A DNA stretch of 36,814 nt from a virus (lineage: Duplodnaviria; Caudoviricetes), in the IMG/VR virus record IMGVR_UViG_3300020043_001081, positions 1-36,814 of that record, one strand, 5' to 3'. Both the position numbers and the translations under genes were made by a program. Shown in pieces: positions 1 through 7,370 of this stretch (within the stretch, counting starts at the first letter, position 1; each line of letters starts with the position of its first letter). Under the pieces are notes generated by a model, which searched no databases, was not told the DNA's origin, and saw nothing but the letters and a program-made list of their open reading frames with translations.

Positions 1-121
1 CACGCCATCAAGACCAGCCTCCCTCGCCATGCGGATAATGTCTTCGTTAGTCATATATTTTTCACAGCCTCCATTATTCTAGTTTGTGCTTTTTTCATCC
101 TAGCTCTATCTTCTTCCGATA
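1..121. repeat. 121-bp terminal direct repeat, copy 1 (circular assembly overlap)
   Basis: Positions 1-121 are identical to 36694-36814. The gene starting at 36747 (= position 54) overlaps the stop of 51..452 as ATGA, so the operon continues across the join. Confidence 0.97.
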
Positions 122-452
122 GTGGTAATCCTTGACTCATCGTATAAGCTGCTACGCTTACTACCCATGCCTCGAATTCGATAACGCGAAGCAAGTCTGT
201 AGCATAATACTTTCTCTTAACTGGAGGCAAGTCTTTATTTGTGTCTGGAAATAAATCACCAATATCCATACCAATTGCACCCATTATTTCTTGAACGCTA
301 CAGTTAGCAAAACACTTCATTAGGATACGACCGTCATCTAATTCTCGTATCGCTAGGCTAGGACTCTTATCTCCATGAGCAGGACAGCAAGCCGTATATG
401 CGCCGTTACGACCTTTAACTTTCTCTAGGCGGCTGAGTATGTTCTCTATCAT
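51..452 (-). CDS. Stand-alone primase-type (CHC2-like) zinc-binding domain protein
   Basis: CPAHGDKSPSL...MKCFANC motif typical of primase Zn-binding domains. No TOPRIM domain follows. ATG at 452 is coupled (ATGA) to the upstream stop. Confidence 0.75.
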   Translation of the reverse strand: MIENILSRLEKVKGRNGAYTACCPAHGDKSPSLAIRELDDGRILMKCFANCSVQEIMGAIGMDIGDLFPDTNKDLPPVKRKYYATDLLRVIEFEAWVVSVAAYTMSQGLPLSEEDRARMKKAQTRIMEAVKNI

Positions 453-1084
453 TTCCACCCCATCAATGGCTTTTGAGTGGTTGTGACTTCATCCTCCCAT
501 CGTTTATTCGTTAGCCAAGTAGATGCATGACAAATAAATCTTTGCTCAGTTTCAGATAATTTTTGATCCTTAATGGCTTTTTTCATTATTGCAACAAGTT
601 CAGCATTAGGCTTTAACCTAGCCCATACCTTCCTAGCGTTTTCTTTATTTGTCTTTCTTGGGTAGGATTTCCAAAAATCATCAAAATGATCGTTATATCT
701 GGTTATATCTGTATTTATAGTGATCTCGCAATTCTTTCGACTACGATCTCGCAAAGGTTGCGACATGGATGAAGTAAACTTTTCATAGTTCAATCGGTAG
801 TAAAGAGTCTTATCCCAATGGTTATCGCTCTTACATTCAGCGAAAATCATGCCGTCAGATTTCAGCTTTTTAAGTATCGTAAAGATTGTTCTTTCAGACC
901 AGAAAGGAAACTGTTTTTTCCACTCAGGAATAGAGTTATAAACCCATGAATGACCGTCTGACATAGGTTTATTCTTTTGCGTCCAGTAATGTATTTGCTG
1001 GATAACAATAGCCTCATTGAGACCGTATTGACAAGCTAACGTAGGCAATACAACTAATGGGTATTCATCAATAAGAACATTCAT
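449..1084 (-). CDS. Phage replication initiator (lambda O-like/DnaD-like architecture)
   Basis: N-terminal winged-HTH-like region (GLNEAIVIQQIHYW...WVYNS..EW..QFPFWSERTI) and C-terminal FDDFWKSYPRK...HASTWL...RWEDE domain, with iterons in the linker. Start placed at ATG 1084 (ATGA coupling). Confidence 0.8.
   Translation of the reverse strand: MNVLIDEYPLVVLPTLACQYGLNEAIVIQQIHYWTQKNKPMSDGHSWVYNSIPEWKKQFPFWSERTIFTILKKLKSDGMIFAECKSDNHWDKTLYYRLNYEKFTSSMSQPLRDRSRKNCEITINTDITRYNDHFDDFWKSYPRKTNKENARKVWARLKPNAELVAIMKKAIKDQKLSETEQRFICHASTWLTNKRWEDEVTTTQKPLMGWK
692..764. promoter_or_regulatory. Putative replication origin (iterons plus AT-rich tandem repeat) inside the initiator gene
   Basis: GATCTCGCAA at 722-731 and 745-754, each part of a TCGCAA-N3-TT(G/T)CGA quasi-palindrome. 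Adjacent tandem GTTATATCTG x2 at 692-711. Confidence 0.6.
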
Positions 1085-1281
1085 AGTTCTACCCCATTGT
1101 TCCACCCATCGTTAATCTCGTCCTCGTTCCTAGTAACCCATTTTTCAAACTCACGAAATTGATCTAAAGTAATAATTATATGAACAGTAGTCATCAATTC
1201 AGTAGAAAATTGCTTAATTCCTATCTTCCCATCTCCGCACATATAAAATGAAACTGCTTCTACACCTTTGAGTTCTAACAT
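1081..1281 (-). CDS. Hypothetical protein, first gene after the structured leader
   Basis: ATG at 1281 with GGAGA Shine-Dalgarno at 1291-1287; coupled to the initiator gene. Confidence 0.7.
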   Translation of the reverse strand: MLELKGVEAVSFYMCGDGKIGIKQFSTELMTTVHIIITLDQFREFEKWVTRNEDEINDGWNNGVEL

Positions 1282-1294
1282 AGCTTTCTCCAAT

Positions 1295-1400
1295 AAAAAA
1301 AGCCCTAGGTGAGACTCTCATTCTTACGAATGTTGACGGACTGGTGAGTAACCAGCAGAGTCCCATCTAAGGCTTACTCGTTTAACGCGCCGTCAAGCAC
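1295..1400 (-). ncRNA. C4/CI-like antisense RNA or attenuator leader
   Basis: Stalk 1375-1357 pairs with 1318-1300 and is followed by a U-tract. It encloses two hairpins (GCUGGU-UACUC-ACCAGU and CAUUC-GUAA-GAAUG) and an unpaired CCGUCAA. Upstream UUGACGG and GAGUAA are complementary to the unpaired segments. Confidence 0.7.
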
Positions 1401-1406
1401 ACAACC

Positions 1407-1435
1407 ACTATAACGAAACTTTTCTCCTAGCGCAA
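1407..1435 (-). promoter_or_regulatory. Sigma70-type promoter for the leader and replication operon
   Basis: TTGCGC (1435-1430), 17-bp spacer, TATAGT (1412-1407). The predicted start near 1400 coincides with the 5' end of the structured leader. Confidence 0.7.
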
Positions 1436-1513
1436 GTCCTGCAAATATCAGAGTTTCTAAATTGAATTGCTGATCTCGTCTGCTTGCAACTAGGACACTT
1501 TTGCATAGAGAAG

Positions 1514-1891
1514 TTATATATCGTTTTTACTTTGGTAACGGACGTTTGATTTGCAGGTTTTGAAGTGGCGTCTTTCAATTGCTTGACCTCTTGGACTAAC
1601 GGTAGGTGGGAATGTTTTAAGTGGCTTAAATGGTATCGGCTCCCGTGATGGGACTAACTGCTTCTCATCAACTGGATTAGGCTTATCTTTATAAGATGGA
1701 AAGAATACATCACCTTCCTGCTTAAAGCACTTATATCTGACTAATTTCCTAAGCTCTGTGGTCATATCCCACTCGTTAGCGAAACCCATCATTCCGTATT
1801 TTTGTATTATAGTTTTGACAGTAATACCGCCGGAATTGTTAACAATATCGATAAATTCAGCCCTTCGGCTACCTACTCGTGGTACGTACAT
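1514..1891 (-). CDS. Hypothetical protein, possibly winged-helix DNA-binding
   Basis: ORF diverging from the early promoter. ATG 1891 (MYVPRVG) preferred over TTG 1921, which lies inside the promoter. Confidence 0.55.
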   Translation of the reverse strand: MYVPRVGSRRAEFIDIVNNSGGITVKTIIQKYGMMGFANEWDMTTELRKLVRYKCFKQEGDVFFPSYKDKPNPVDEKQLVPSREPIPFKPLKTFPPTVSPRGQAIERRHFKTCKSNVRYQSKNDI

Positions 1892-1910
1892 AAAATAATT
1901 TCTAAAGTTG

Positions 1911-1940
1911 TTGACATTCAATATTGTGCTGCGGTATATT
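1911..1940 (+). promoter_or_regulatory. Sigma70 early promoter
   Basis: TTGACA (1911-1916), 18-bp spacer, TATATT (1935-1940), AT-rich upstream tract, AGGAG RBS at 1971-1975 before ATG 1982. Confidence 0.75.
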
Positions 1941-1981
1941 TTCTTCGCTGCAACACATTATTAACCTACTAGGAGAATACT

Positions 1982-2194
1982 ATGAATACAAATAAATCAG
2001 CAACAGTTCGCACAGTTACTAAAGGTAGCCCATTCACCGAAACATACGATCTAGTTGTAGAAGTTTTAAAAGATGGTGAGTGGACATACTATCAAGGCTT
2101 TAATACGCTTTCTAACGATTACGCATATTCAGAAGCTCGTGCAGCAGAAAACCGCGCAAAGGCTGAACAATTGGGGAAATGCAATGCCTACTAA
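1982..2194 (+). CDS. Hypothetical early protein
   Basis: Strong RBS; first gene after the early promoter. Confidence 0.75.
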   Translation: MNTNKSATVRTVTKGSPFTETYDLVVEVLKDGEWTYYQGFNTLSNDYAYSEARAAENRAKAEQLGKCNAY

Positions 2195-2393
2195 TTTTGA
2201 TGAAACTTTAGAGCAACGATACGAACGAGAATATTTAGATATGCTTGATATGTATGCAGAAATGACTCCATATCAAATATTCCAAATGTCAATTGAACTT
2301 AATAATGCACTAGCAAAGGTACAAGAATATGAAAACAGAGATGCACAATTGGGAAGTTGCAGAAATTGTTTATGCGCTAAGGCTATTAGCTGA
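2184..2393 (+). CDS. Hypothetical early protein (acidic, helical)
   Basis: ATG 2184 with GGGGA upstream; this is the 3' portion of track ORF 2073..2393. Confidence 0.55.
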   Translation: MPTNFDETLEQRYEREYLDMLDMYAEMTPYQIFQMSIELNNALAKVQEYENRDAQLGSCRNCLCAKAIS

Positions 2394-2526
2394 CAACTTA
2401 GACAAGAAGCCACGAACTACTCAGGAGCAAGAAATACTAGATATAGCGTATGAAGCCTTGCTAGTAGCTCCTAGAGAAATTCACGAACTTGTTAATATTT
2501 TAGAATCGAATGATAACTATGAATAA
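2329..2526 (+). CDS. Hypothetical early protein
   Basis: 65-aa ORF in the early operon; start may be the second ATG at 2341. Confidence 0.6.
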   Translation: MKTEMHNWEVAEIVYALRLLADNLDKKPRTTQEQEILDIAYEALLVAPREIHELVNILESNDNYE

Positions 2527-2617
2527 ATTGCTCAACACTAACGATTTCTTTGCTCGTCACCCAATAATTTGTGGTGTAATAATGTTTCTTCTATATATTA
2601 TTGCAGGATCAATATGA
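2519..2617 (+). CDS. 32-aa single-TM peptide (not in ORF track)
   Basis: MNKLLNTNDFFARHPIICGVIMFLLYIIAGSI. Overlaps the previous stop and is coupled by ATGA to ATG 2614. Confidence 0.6.
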   Translation: MNKLLNTNDFFARHPIICGVIMFLLYIIAGSI

Positions 2618-2784
2618 CCGATGAAAAGAACATTTTGTATAAAAAGGACTACGTTACGGCTGCTAAGACGGACATTAGGAAAACTTTTGCTAAATTTAGA
2701 AAGGAGCAAAAACAGACTCAGAAAATATCAACTATTGAGAAAACACAACCTACCAATATTGTTCAGTATAAAAAATTCAGATAA
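2614..2784 (+). CDS. Hypothetical basic protein
   Basis: Contains YVTAAKTDIRKTFAKFR; start at 2614 by ATGA coupling. Confidence 0.65.
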   Translation: MTDEKNILYKKDYVTAAKTDIRKTFAKFRKEQKQTQKISTIEKTQPTNIVQYKKFR

Positions 2785-2797
2785 ATAGAAAGCTACT

Positions 2798-3460
2798 ATG
2801 AATAACGACTATCAATTACAAGAGCAGCACGAGCAACAGCAATGGCACGTTTACAGCAAACTACAAAAAGCCAGAGTTCTACTACAAGAACTACCATTAA
2901 AAAAGTCAGGGTTTAACTCATTCGCAGGATTCAAATATTTTGAACTTGCAGACTTTCTACCGTCAATTAATACAATCTTTGACAGTCTAGGTCTATGCTC
3001 AGTATTTACGATTTGGGGTGATGAAGCTACCTTACGAATTTATGATTCAGAGTTTGGTGGAGTAATCCTATTCCGTAGCCCTATTGCTGATGCAGCTAGT
3101 GGTAAAGCACCTCCCATACAGGCTCTAGGTTCAATGCATACGTATCTACGTCGATACTTGTTTCTCAATGCGTTAGAGATTACAGAACACGATGCTGTGG
3201 ACGCTACGATCAAGAAAGACGAGCCTAAGTCAGCCAAGCCGATTACTCATGATGTATTTGATAGCATGGACGCAAAGACTCAGGAACTAATCGAGGATAT
3301 TGCTGCTGATGTTCGTATGCTATTGCAGAAAAACGATGTAGCAGGAGCTATTGAGTATATTAATCTTCAAGAACTAGATGCAGACTCTAAGACAGCATTT
3401 TGGAGTAGGTTAGATAGTAAAGAGCGTAGTGCAATTAAGAAATTTTCAACAGGGAAATAA
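2798..3460 (+). CDS. erf: ERF-family single-strand annealing protein
   Basis: KKSGFNSFAGFKYFELADF and QALGSMHTYLRRY match the ERF signature (GS..TY.RRY); adjacent to an SSB. Confidence 0.85.
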   Translation: MNNDYQLQEQHEQQQWHVYSKLQKARVLLQELPLKKSGFNSFAGFKYFELADFLPSINTIFDSLGLCSVFTIWGDEATLRIYDSEFGGVILFRSPIADAASGKAPPIQALGSMHTYLRRYLFLNALEITEHDAVDATIKKDEPKSAKPITHDVFDSMDAKTQELIEDIAADVRMLLQKNDVAGAIEYINLQELDADSKTAFWSRLDSKERSAIKKFSTGK

Positions 3461-3462
3461 AT

Positions 3463-3717
3463 ATGGAATACGATAATACTGATCGTGGTGTGTTGTACCG
3501 TAATGAAAATAAGACATCTGAGAATCATCCAGACTACTCAGGCAGTGTTAACGTAGCTGGCTCTGATTACTGGCTATCAGGCTGGCTTAAAGAGTCTAAG
3601 AAGGACGGTAAGAAGTTCTTTAGTCTATCGGTACGCCCTAAAGGTGACGCTAAACCAACAGCCAAACAAGCTAAATCGGCTGAACCTGATGATTTTGACC
3701 AATCTATCCCTTTTTGA
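3463..3717 (+). CDS. Small single-stranded DNA-binding protein
   Basis: NHPDYSG...YWLSGW...KFFSLSV beta-rich core with acidic SSB-type tail DDFDQSIPF. Confidence 0.75.
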   Translation: MEYDNTDRGVLYRNENKTSENHPDYSGSVNVAGSDYWLSGWLKESKKDGKKFFSLSVRPKGDAKPTAKQAKSAEPDDFDQSIPF

Positions 3718-3726
3718 GAGAAAACT

Positions 3727-3981
3727 ATGATAGCAAATATATTAACTCCATTGCAGACAATGATGCTTCGTGAGGCTGCAAAATCTAATGAAGATGATCG
3801 TTCAAAGCGGATTAATGAAGTAATAGAATTAATCAAACGCCAGAGTCCTAGTAAGTTCTTTTACGACGATGATCCTGCATTGCGTAATCGCATATTTTTT
3901 GATGAGCCTAAAAACTTGCATCCATCAGAATACGGTGAATATAAAGTTCAATATGTCAGCAAAGTAAATAATAAGGTTTGA
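3727..3981 (+). CDS. Hypothetical protein
   Basis: 84-aa ORF with GAGAG upstream. Confidence 0.65.
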   Translation: MIANILTPLQTMMLREAAKSNEDDRSKRINEVIELIKRQSPSKFFYDDDPALRNRIFFDEPKNLHPSEYGEYKVQYVSKVNNKV

Positions 3982-4010
3982 TCTCGCAGCCACACTCCTC
4001 CGTGGCTTTA

Positions 4011-4037
4011 ACAGGGGTTTCGACCCCTGTCTTTTTA
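4011..4037 (+). terminator. Rho-independent terminator
   Basis: ACAGGGGT-TTCG-ACCCCTGT stem-loop followed by CTTTTT. Confidence 0.85.
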
Positions 4038-4047
4038 TTCTGGAGTA

Positions 4048-4242
4048 ATGATGAAATTGTTAGACACCGTTAAAGAGCGTTACAGCATTAAGAATGATGC
4101 AGAACTTAGCCGTACTTTAGACGTACCACCACCTACGATAAGCAAGATTAGGAGTGGTCGAGTCAACGTATCAGCAGACATGATTCTAAGAATCCATGAG
4201 TGTTTAGGTATGCCAGTAGCAGACATCAGAGCATTGTTATGA
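4048..4242 (+). CDS. XRE/Cro-like HTH regulator
   Basis: NDAELSRTLDVPPPTISKIRSG helix-turn-helix; GGAG RBS. Confidence 0.85.
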   Translation: MMKLLDTVKERYSIKNDAELSRTLDVPPPTISKIRSGRVNVSADMILRIHECLGMPVADIRALL

Positions 4243-4439
4243 AAGTGTTAACGTACGTAATAGCGTTTTTAGGGGCTATATGGCTGTTTTCTAGCATAGC
4301 CACTACCAAAGCTCAGGAAGCCTATAGAAAAGGCTACAGAGACGGTTCTAGATCGTCCTATAAGCCTTCTGACGTTCAATGTACCTCATGGTTAATGCAA
4401 ACAAATATAAAAGAAGCTAAAACTAGGATATGTAAATGA
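4239..4439 (+). CDS. Small membrane-anchored protein
   Basis: MKVLTYVIAFLGAIWLFSSIA hydrophobic N-terminus; ATGA coupling to the HTH stop. Confidence 0.6.
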   Translation: MKVLTYVIAFLGAIWLFSSIATTKAQEAYRKGYRDGSRSSYKPSDVQCTSWLMQTNIKEAKTRICK

Positions 4440-4633
4440 CAACACGTTTCTGTACCAATTGCCAATCTATAAGAGATATGGACGGTGGCATATTTCGTAA
4501 GACTAAGACTAGCGGTCGATGGATATGTAAACCATGCCATGAACATAAGACTGAAAGCATTTATATGAATCGGTCTGGCAAAGTTGCTGATGTGAAAACT
4601 ATTATGGAAAAACTATATCGGAGAGCAGTATGA
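4436..4633 (+). CDS. Zn-ribbon protein
   Basis: CTNC...WICKPC, two CxxC pairs. Confidence 0.7.
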   Translation: MTTRFCTNCQSIRDMDGGIFRKTKTSGRWICKPCHEHKTESIYMNRSGKVADVKTIMEKLYRRAV

Positions 4634-4881
4634 CTGAACCGTGGGTTAAGACATATTCAGGTGGTAAGCCTAACTATACTGAGTCTTGTGAGCGTTGTGG
4701 TGAGGTTAATCCAGCAGAGATACATACGTGTACACCTAAGCAGCGCGAATGGCAAGGGCTGACTGATGATGAAATTGACGATATATGGGCTGAATTCAAT
4801 GATGGATATTCAATCATCGAAGAAACATTATGGGGATATGAACGAGCTATAGAAGCCAAAATACGAGAAAAAAATGCCTAA
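4630..4881 (+). CDS. Hypothetical modular phage protein
   Basis: CERCGE...HTC module plus REWQGLTDDEI...AIEAKIREKN, a module common in small phage ORFs. Confidence 0.7.
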   Translation: MTEPWVKTYSGGKPNYTESCERCGEVNPAEIHTCTPKQREWQGLTDDEIDDIWAEFNDGYSIIEETLWGYERAIEAKIREKNA

Positions 4882-5104
4882 GAAACACATTGATTACGAC
4901 TGGCAAGCCGTTATAGACGGTAATCGTATAGGGATTACTAACGTCATTGACGGTATTCGTAAGGGTGAAGTAGATGAACTAGAACTAGAGAAACTTAACA
5001 ATTTTGTTCAGTTTGCACTAGCGTTAATGCAATTATCTGGTCCTACTAAATGGGCGCAAGCTAAGTTAAACGCTGAAATGATGCATTACTTAAAAGGAGA
5101 GTAA
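4874..5104 (+). CDS. Hypothetical protein
   Basis: 76-aa ORF tightly coupled in the operon. Confidence 0.7.
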   Translation: MPKKHIDYDWQAVIDGNRIGITNVIDGIRKGEVDELELEKLNNFVQFALALMQLSGPTKWAQAKLNAEMMHYLKGE

Positions 5105-5105
5105 A

Positions 5106-5426
5106 TTGAGTTGGAATCAAATAGAAATGGACGTTATTCGGTGGAGTGAAGAACGTGGAATTATTCCGAATAGCACCTCAGTAGCTCAATATCGTAAAGC
5201 TCAGGAGGAAATGCATGAGTTACACACAGCTCTTATCAACAGAAATCGCGCAGATATTATTGATGGACTTGGTGACGTTCTTGTATGTCTTATCAATGTT
5301 GCTGCTCTTGAAAACGTCGATCTCACCCATTGCCTAGCATCTGCGTATAACGAGATTAAAGATCGTAAAGGTCACATGAACGCAGGAGGCATTTTCGTCA
5401 AGGAACCTCAATCACTTGACCTCTGA
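5106..5426 (+). CDS. MazG-like NTP pyrophosphohydrolase
   Basis: KAQEEMHEL...IIDGLGDVLV (EExxE...ExxD-type motif) and AYNEIKDRKG; TTG start with GGAG RBS. Confidence 0.85.
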   Translation: MSWNQIEMDVIRWSEERGIIPNSTSVAQYRKAQEEMHELHTALINRNRADIIDGLGDVLVCLINVAALENVDLTHCLASAYNEIKDRKGHMNAGGIFVKEPQSLDL

Positions 5427-6348
5427 AGTAAACTAGACCCTCGGAGATAACCTCACATAGTTCTGGTGGCATGAGCTTTCCTTCCCAAAAGGTTAGAACA
5501 GCAAAACCTGATCGCCAGTTCTTAGGGTTATCCTCCGCATACTCAAACGCAGGATCATCTAAGTTAGCCATTGTTCCAGTATCTACGCCGTATCTACTTC
5601 CGTTGTAGTCAGTCCACGGAGTTACCTTTAAGCTGTGTAAATGACCTGTAACGATAGACGTACCTGATTTCAACGTATTGTTATATACCGCATGGATGCC
5701 ATTATGATAACGATGCTTAATCATCGTATGATCGTTCACCATTATTGACGTAGAGAACTTCCATCGAGGAAAGTGATCCGTTAAGTTCATTCCATGCACA
5801 CCTTGAAATGCAGTCCCAACTTGGGACGATAAACGAGTGTTAAATCGCATATCGTGGTTGCCCCATGTCCAATGTAGCTTGGCACTCTTAGATGCGCTCT
5901 CAATCTCATTTAGACGGTCTGTACAGGCTTCTAGCTCCTGTTTTACGCTAGGTAATGATTGCCAGCCAATAGGATCGTGACGAGATACAGATGCACCGTC
6001 AAAAACGTCTCCATTCATAACGATCATTTTCGGCTTTAATTCAGGTATTAACTTAACGAAAGCCTTATGAGCCGTTGATATAATTCCCGGATAATAGTGA
6101 CAATCTGATGCCACCATAATTACACCGTCATCTATTTCTACTTTAGCCCTAATGCCATTGCCGGGCATTGTTACGTTAAAGGTAGGACTACGAACATCTG
6201 ATGCGACTAATGTAATGCTATATCTTTCTTGAATTGCTTTACGTCTTGAATGAACGTTACGGACATCTATATCTAATACTTCTGCGACTCTTTTTGCTGA
6301 GTGGTACTTATTCCAGATAGCAATAAACTCATCATCAGTCGTTCGCAT
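5398..6348 (-). CDS. Calcineurin-like metallophosphoesterase with N-terminal HTH
   Basis: Motifs SDCH, NGDVFD, GNHD, H and GHLH; N-terminal SAKRVAEVLDIDVRNVHSRR HTH. Confidence 0.85.
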   Translation of the reverse strand: MRTTDDEFIAIWNKYHSAKRVAEVLDIDVRNVHSRRKAIQERYSITLVASDVRSPTFNVTMPGNGIRAKVEIDDGVIMVASDCHYYPGIISTAHKAFVKLIPELKPKMIVMNGDVFDGASVSRHDPIGWQSLPSVKQELEACTDRLNEIESASKSAKLHWTWGNHDMRFNTRLSSQVGTAFQGVHGMNLTDHFPRWKFSTSIMVNDHTMIKHRYHNGIHAVYNNTLKSGTSIVTGHLHSLKVTPWTDYNGSRYGVDTGTMANLDDPAFEYAEDNPKNWRSGFAVLTFWEGKLMPPELCEVISEGLVYFRGQVIEVP

Positions 6349-6545
6349 TAGTTCACCTTACGAGTAAATTCGCCACACCAGTCAGTACGCTCAGTCACCG
6401 GATAGCAACTCTCGTAATTACCTTCAATTTCAATTAGTGTGGGTGGGTATCGATAGCAGTAACCTAAATCTTCCTTAGGTTCACACGAAAAAAAAGCGCA
6501 CGAAACGCACGCTGGCATACAATCTTTAGGAATCTTTACAGACAT
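6348..6545 (-). CDS. Small Cys-rich metal-binding protein
   Basis: CVSCAFF...GYCYRYPP...DWCGEF. Confidence 0.7.
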   Translation of the reverse strand: MSVKIPKDCMPACVSCAFFSCEPKEDLGYCYRYPPTLIEIEGNYESCYPVTERTDWCGEFTRKVN

Positions 6546-6751
6546 TTGGTCGCTTTAACGTATTCAAGTTCTTTTTCAAGATGCTGGATTCTCAGATTCT
6601 TGTTAATCATTTCCTCGTTAATGAAATTCCAGCTAGATATAGTCTGCTGAACTTCCTCACGACTTAATACTAAATTGCCATCATCATCAAGTGTTGCAGC
6701 ATATATCATAAATGACATAAATGACAATATAATTATCGAAAGAATACGCAT
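6536..6751 (-). CDS. Small exported or membrane protein
   Basis: Signal-peptide-like N-terminus and coiled-coil C-terminus. Confidence 0.65.
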   Translation of the reverse strand: MRILSIIILSFMSFMIYAATLDDDGNLVLSREEVQQTISSWNFINEEMINKNLRIQHLEKELEYVKATKCL

Positions 6752-7218
6752 TATTTACTCCCTACTCTGGCTGCTTCGTATTGGGCGTAACATTGTTTGA
6801 GACTGGCTCTGAGTTCGTCTGCTTCTCTAGCGATCCCGATAAGAACAGCCCCATCCTCTCGGTAAAGCTCTTTTCCGGTACAGCCATCTTTTCCATTGCT
6901 GGCAGTCGTGGACACTCCACTACTCTCTGGGCGGTTTGAACGGTGCTGCAAGCTGTTAAGCAAAGCGGTATTACGAGCATTAGCTTCTCTAAGTTCACGG
7001 TTCTTATCCTCTCGTAGCTTGTCTGCATTACCTTGCATTACCTGTTCTTTTTCCCGCATTAAAGCGACATTAGCAGCGTATTCCTCAGCTAATTTAGCCT
7101 TCTCTTTATCCCATTTAGCCTGAACTTTAGCTTGACCAGCCTCATCACCTTGCCAATGACCTGCACCATAAGCAAAGACTACCGCTAAGACTGATCCAGC
7201 TATGAAGTAGGGGTTCAT
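6751..7218 (-). CDS. i-spanin (Rz-like)
   Basis: N-terminal TM, long coiled coil, C-terminal AREADELRASLKQC; lies downstream of the endolysin and contains an embedded lipoprotein ORF. Confidence 0.85.
   Translation of the reverse strand: MNPYFIAGSVLAVVFAYGAGHWQGDEAGQAKVQAKWDKEKAKLAEEYAANVALMREKEQVMQGNADKLREDKNRELREANARNTALLNSLQHRSNRPESSGVSTTASNGKDGCTGKELYREDGAVLIGIAREADELRASLKQCYAQYEAARVGSK
6762..6998 (-). CDS. o-spanin (Rz1-like lipoprotein) embedded in the i-spanin gene
   Basis: Alternate frame with lipobox LTAC followed by Pro-containing ECPRLPAM. Start uncertain (7028, GTG 6998 or ATG 6980). Confidence 0.75.
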   Translation of the reverse strand: MNLEKLMLVIPLCLTACSTVQTAQRVVECPRLPAMEKMAVPEKSFTERMGLFLSGSLEKQTNSEPVSNNVTPNTKQPE

Positions 7219-7370
7219 TTAGTCGGAACCTTAGTGCCTTCTAATTTCTTATGAACCTTAATCGTTTTGCAGACTTGCTTGCCCTTTTCATCGTGGCAGA
7301 CTTTCTTCATCTCACCACCAGCAAACGCAATAAGTGGAATAAACGCAATAAGTGCAATCAATGATTTCAT
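7215..7370 (-). CDS. 51-aa secreted basic peptide with two Cys (not in ORF track)
   Basis: MKSLIALIAFIPLIAFA-GGEMKKVCHDEKGKQVCKTIKVHKKLEGTKVPTK. GGAG RBS; fills the gap exactly and is ATGA-coupled to the i-spanin. Confidence 0.8.
   Translation of the reverse strand: MKSLIALIAFIPLIAFAGGEMKKVCHDEKGKQVCKTIKVHKKLEGTKVPTK

Noticed and set aside
1436-1500. Weak inverted repeats (GTCCT/AGGAC, ATCAG/CTGAT) downstream of 1514..1891
   Set aside because: The stems are short and interrupted, so there is not enough support to call a terminator or RNA.
4947-4953. TTGACGG as a distal target of the C4-like RNA
   Set aside because: The partner GAGTAA site is absent nearby, and a single 7-mer is expected by chance in 37 kb.
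7323-7354. AAACGCAATAAGTG direct repeat
   Set aside because: It encodes the LIAF duplication in a signal peptide; two copies only, not a CRISPR or regulatory array.
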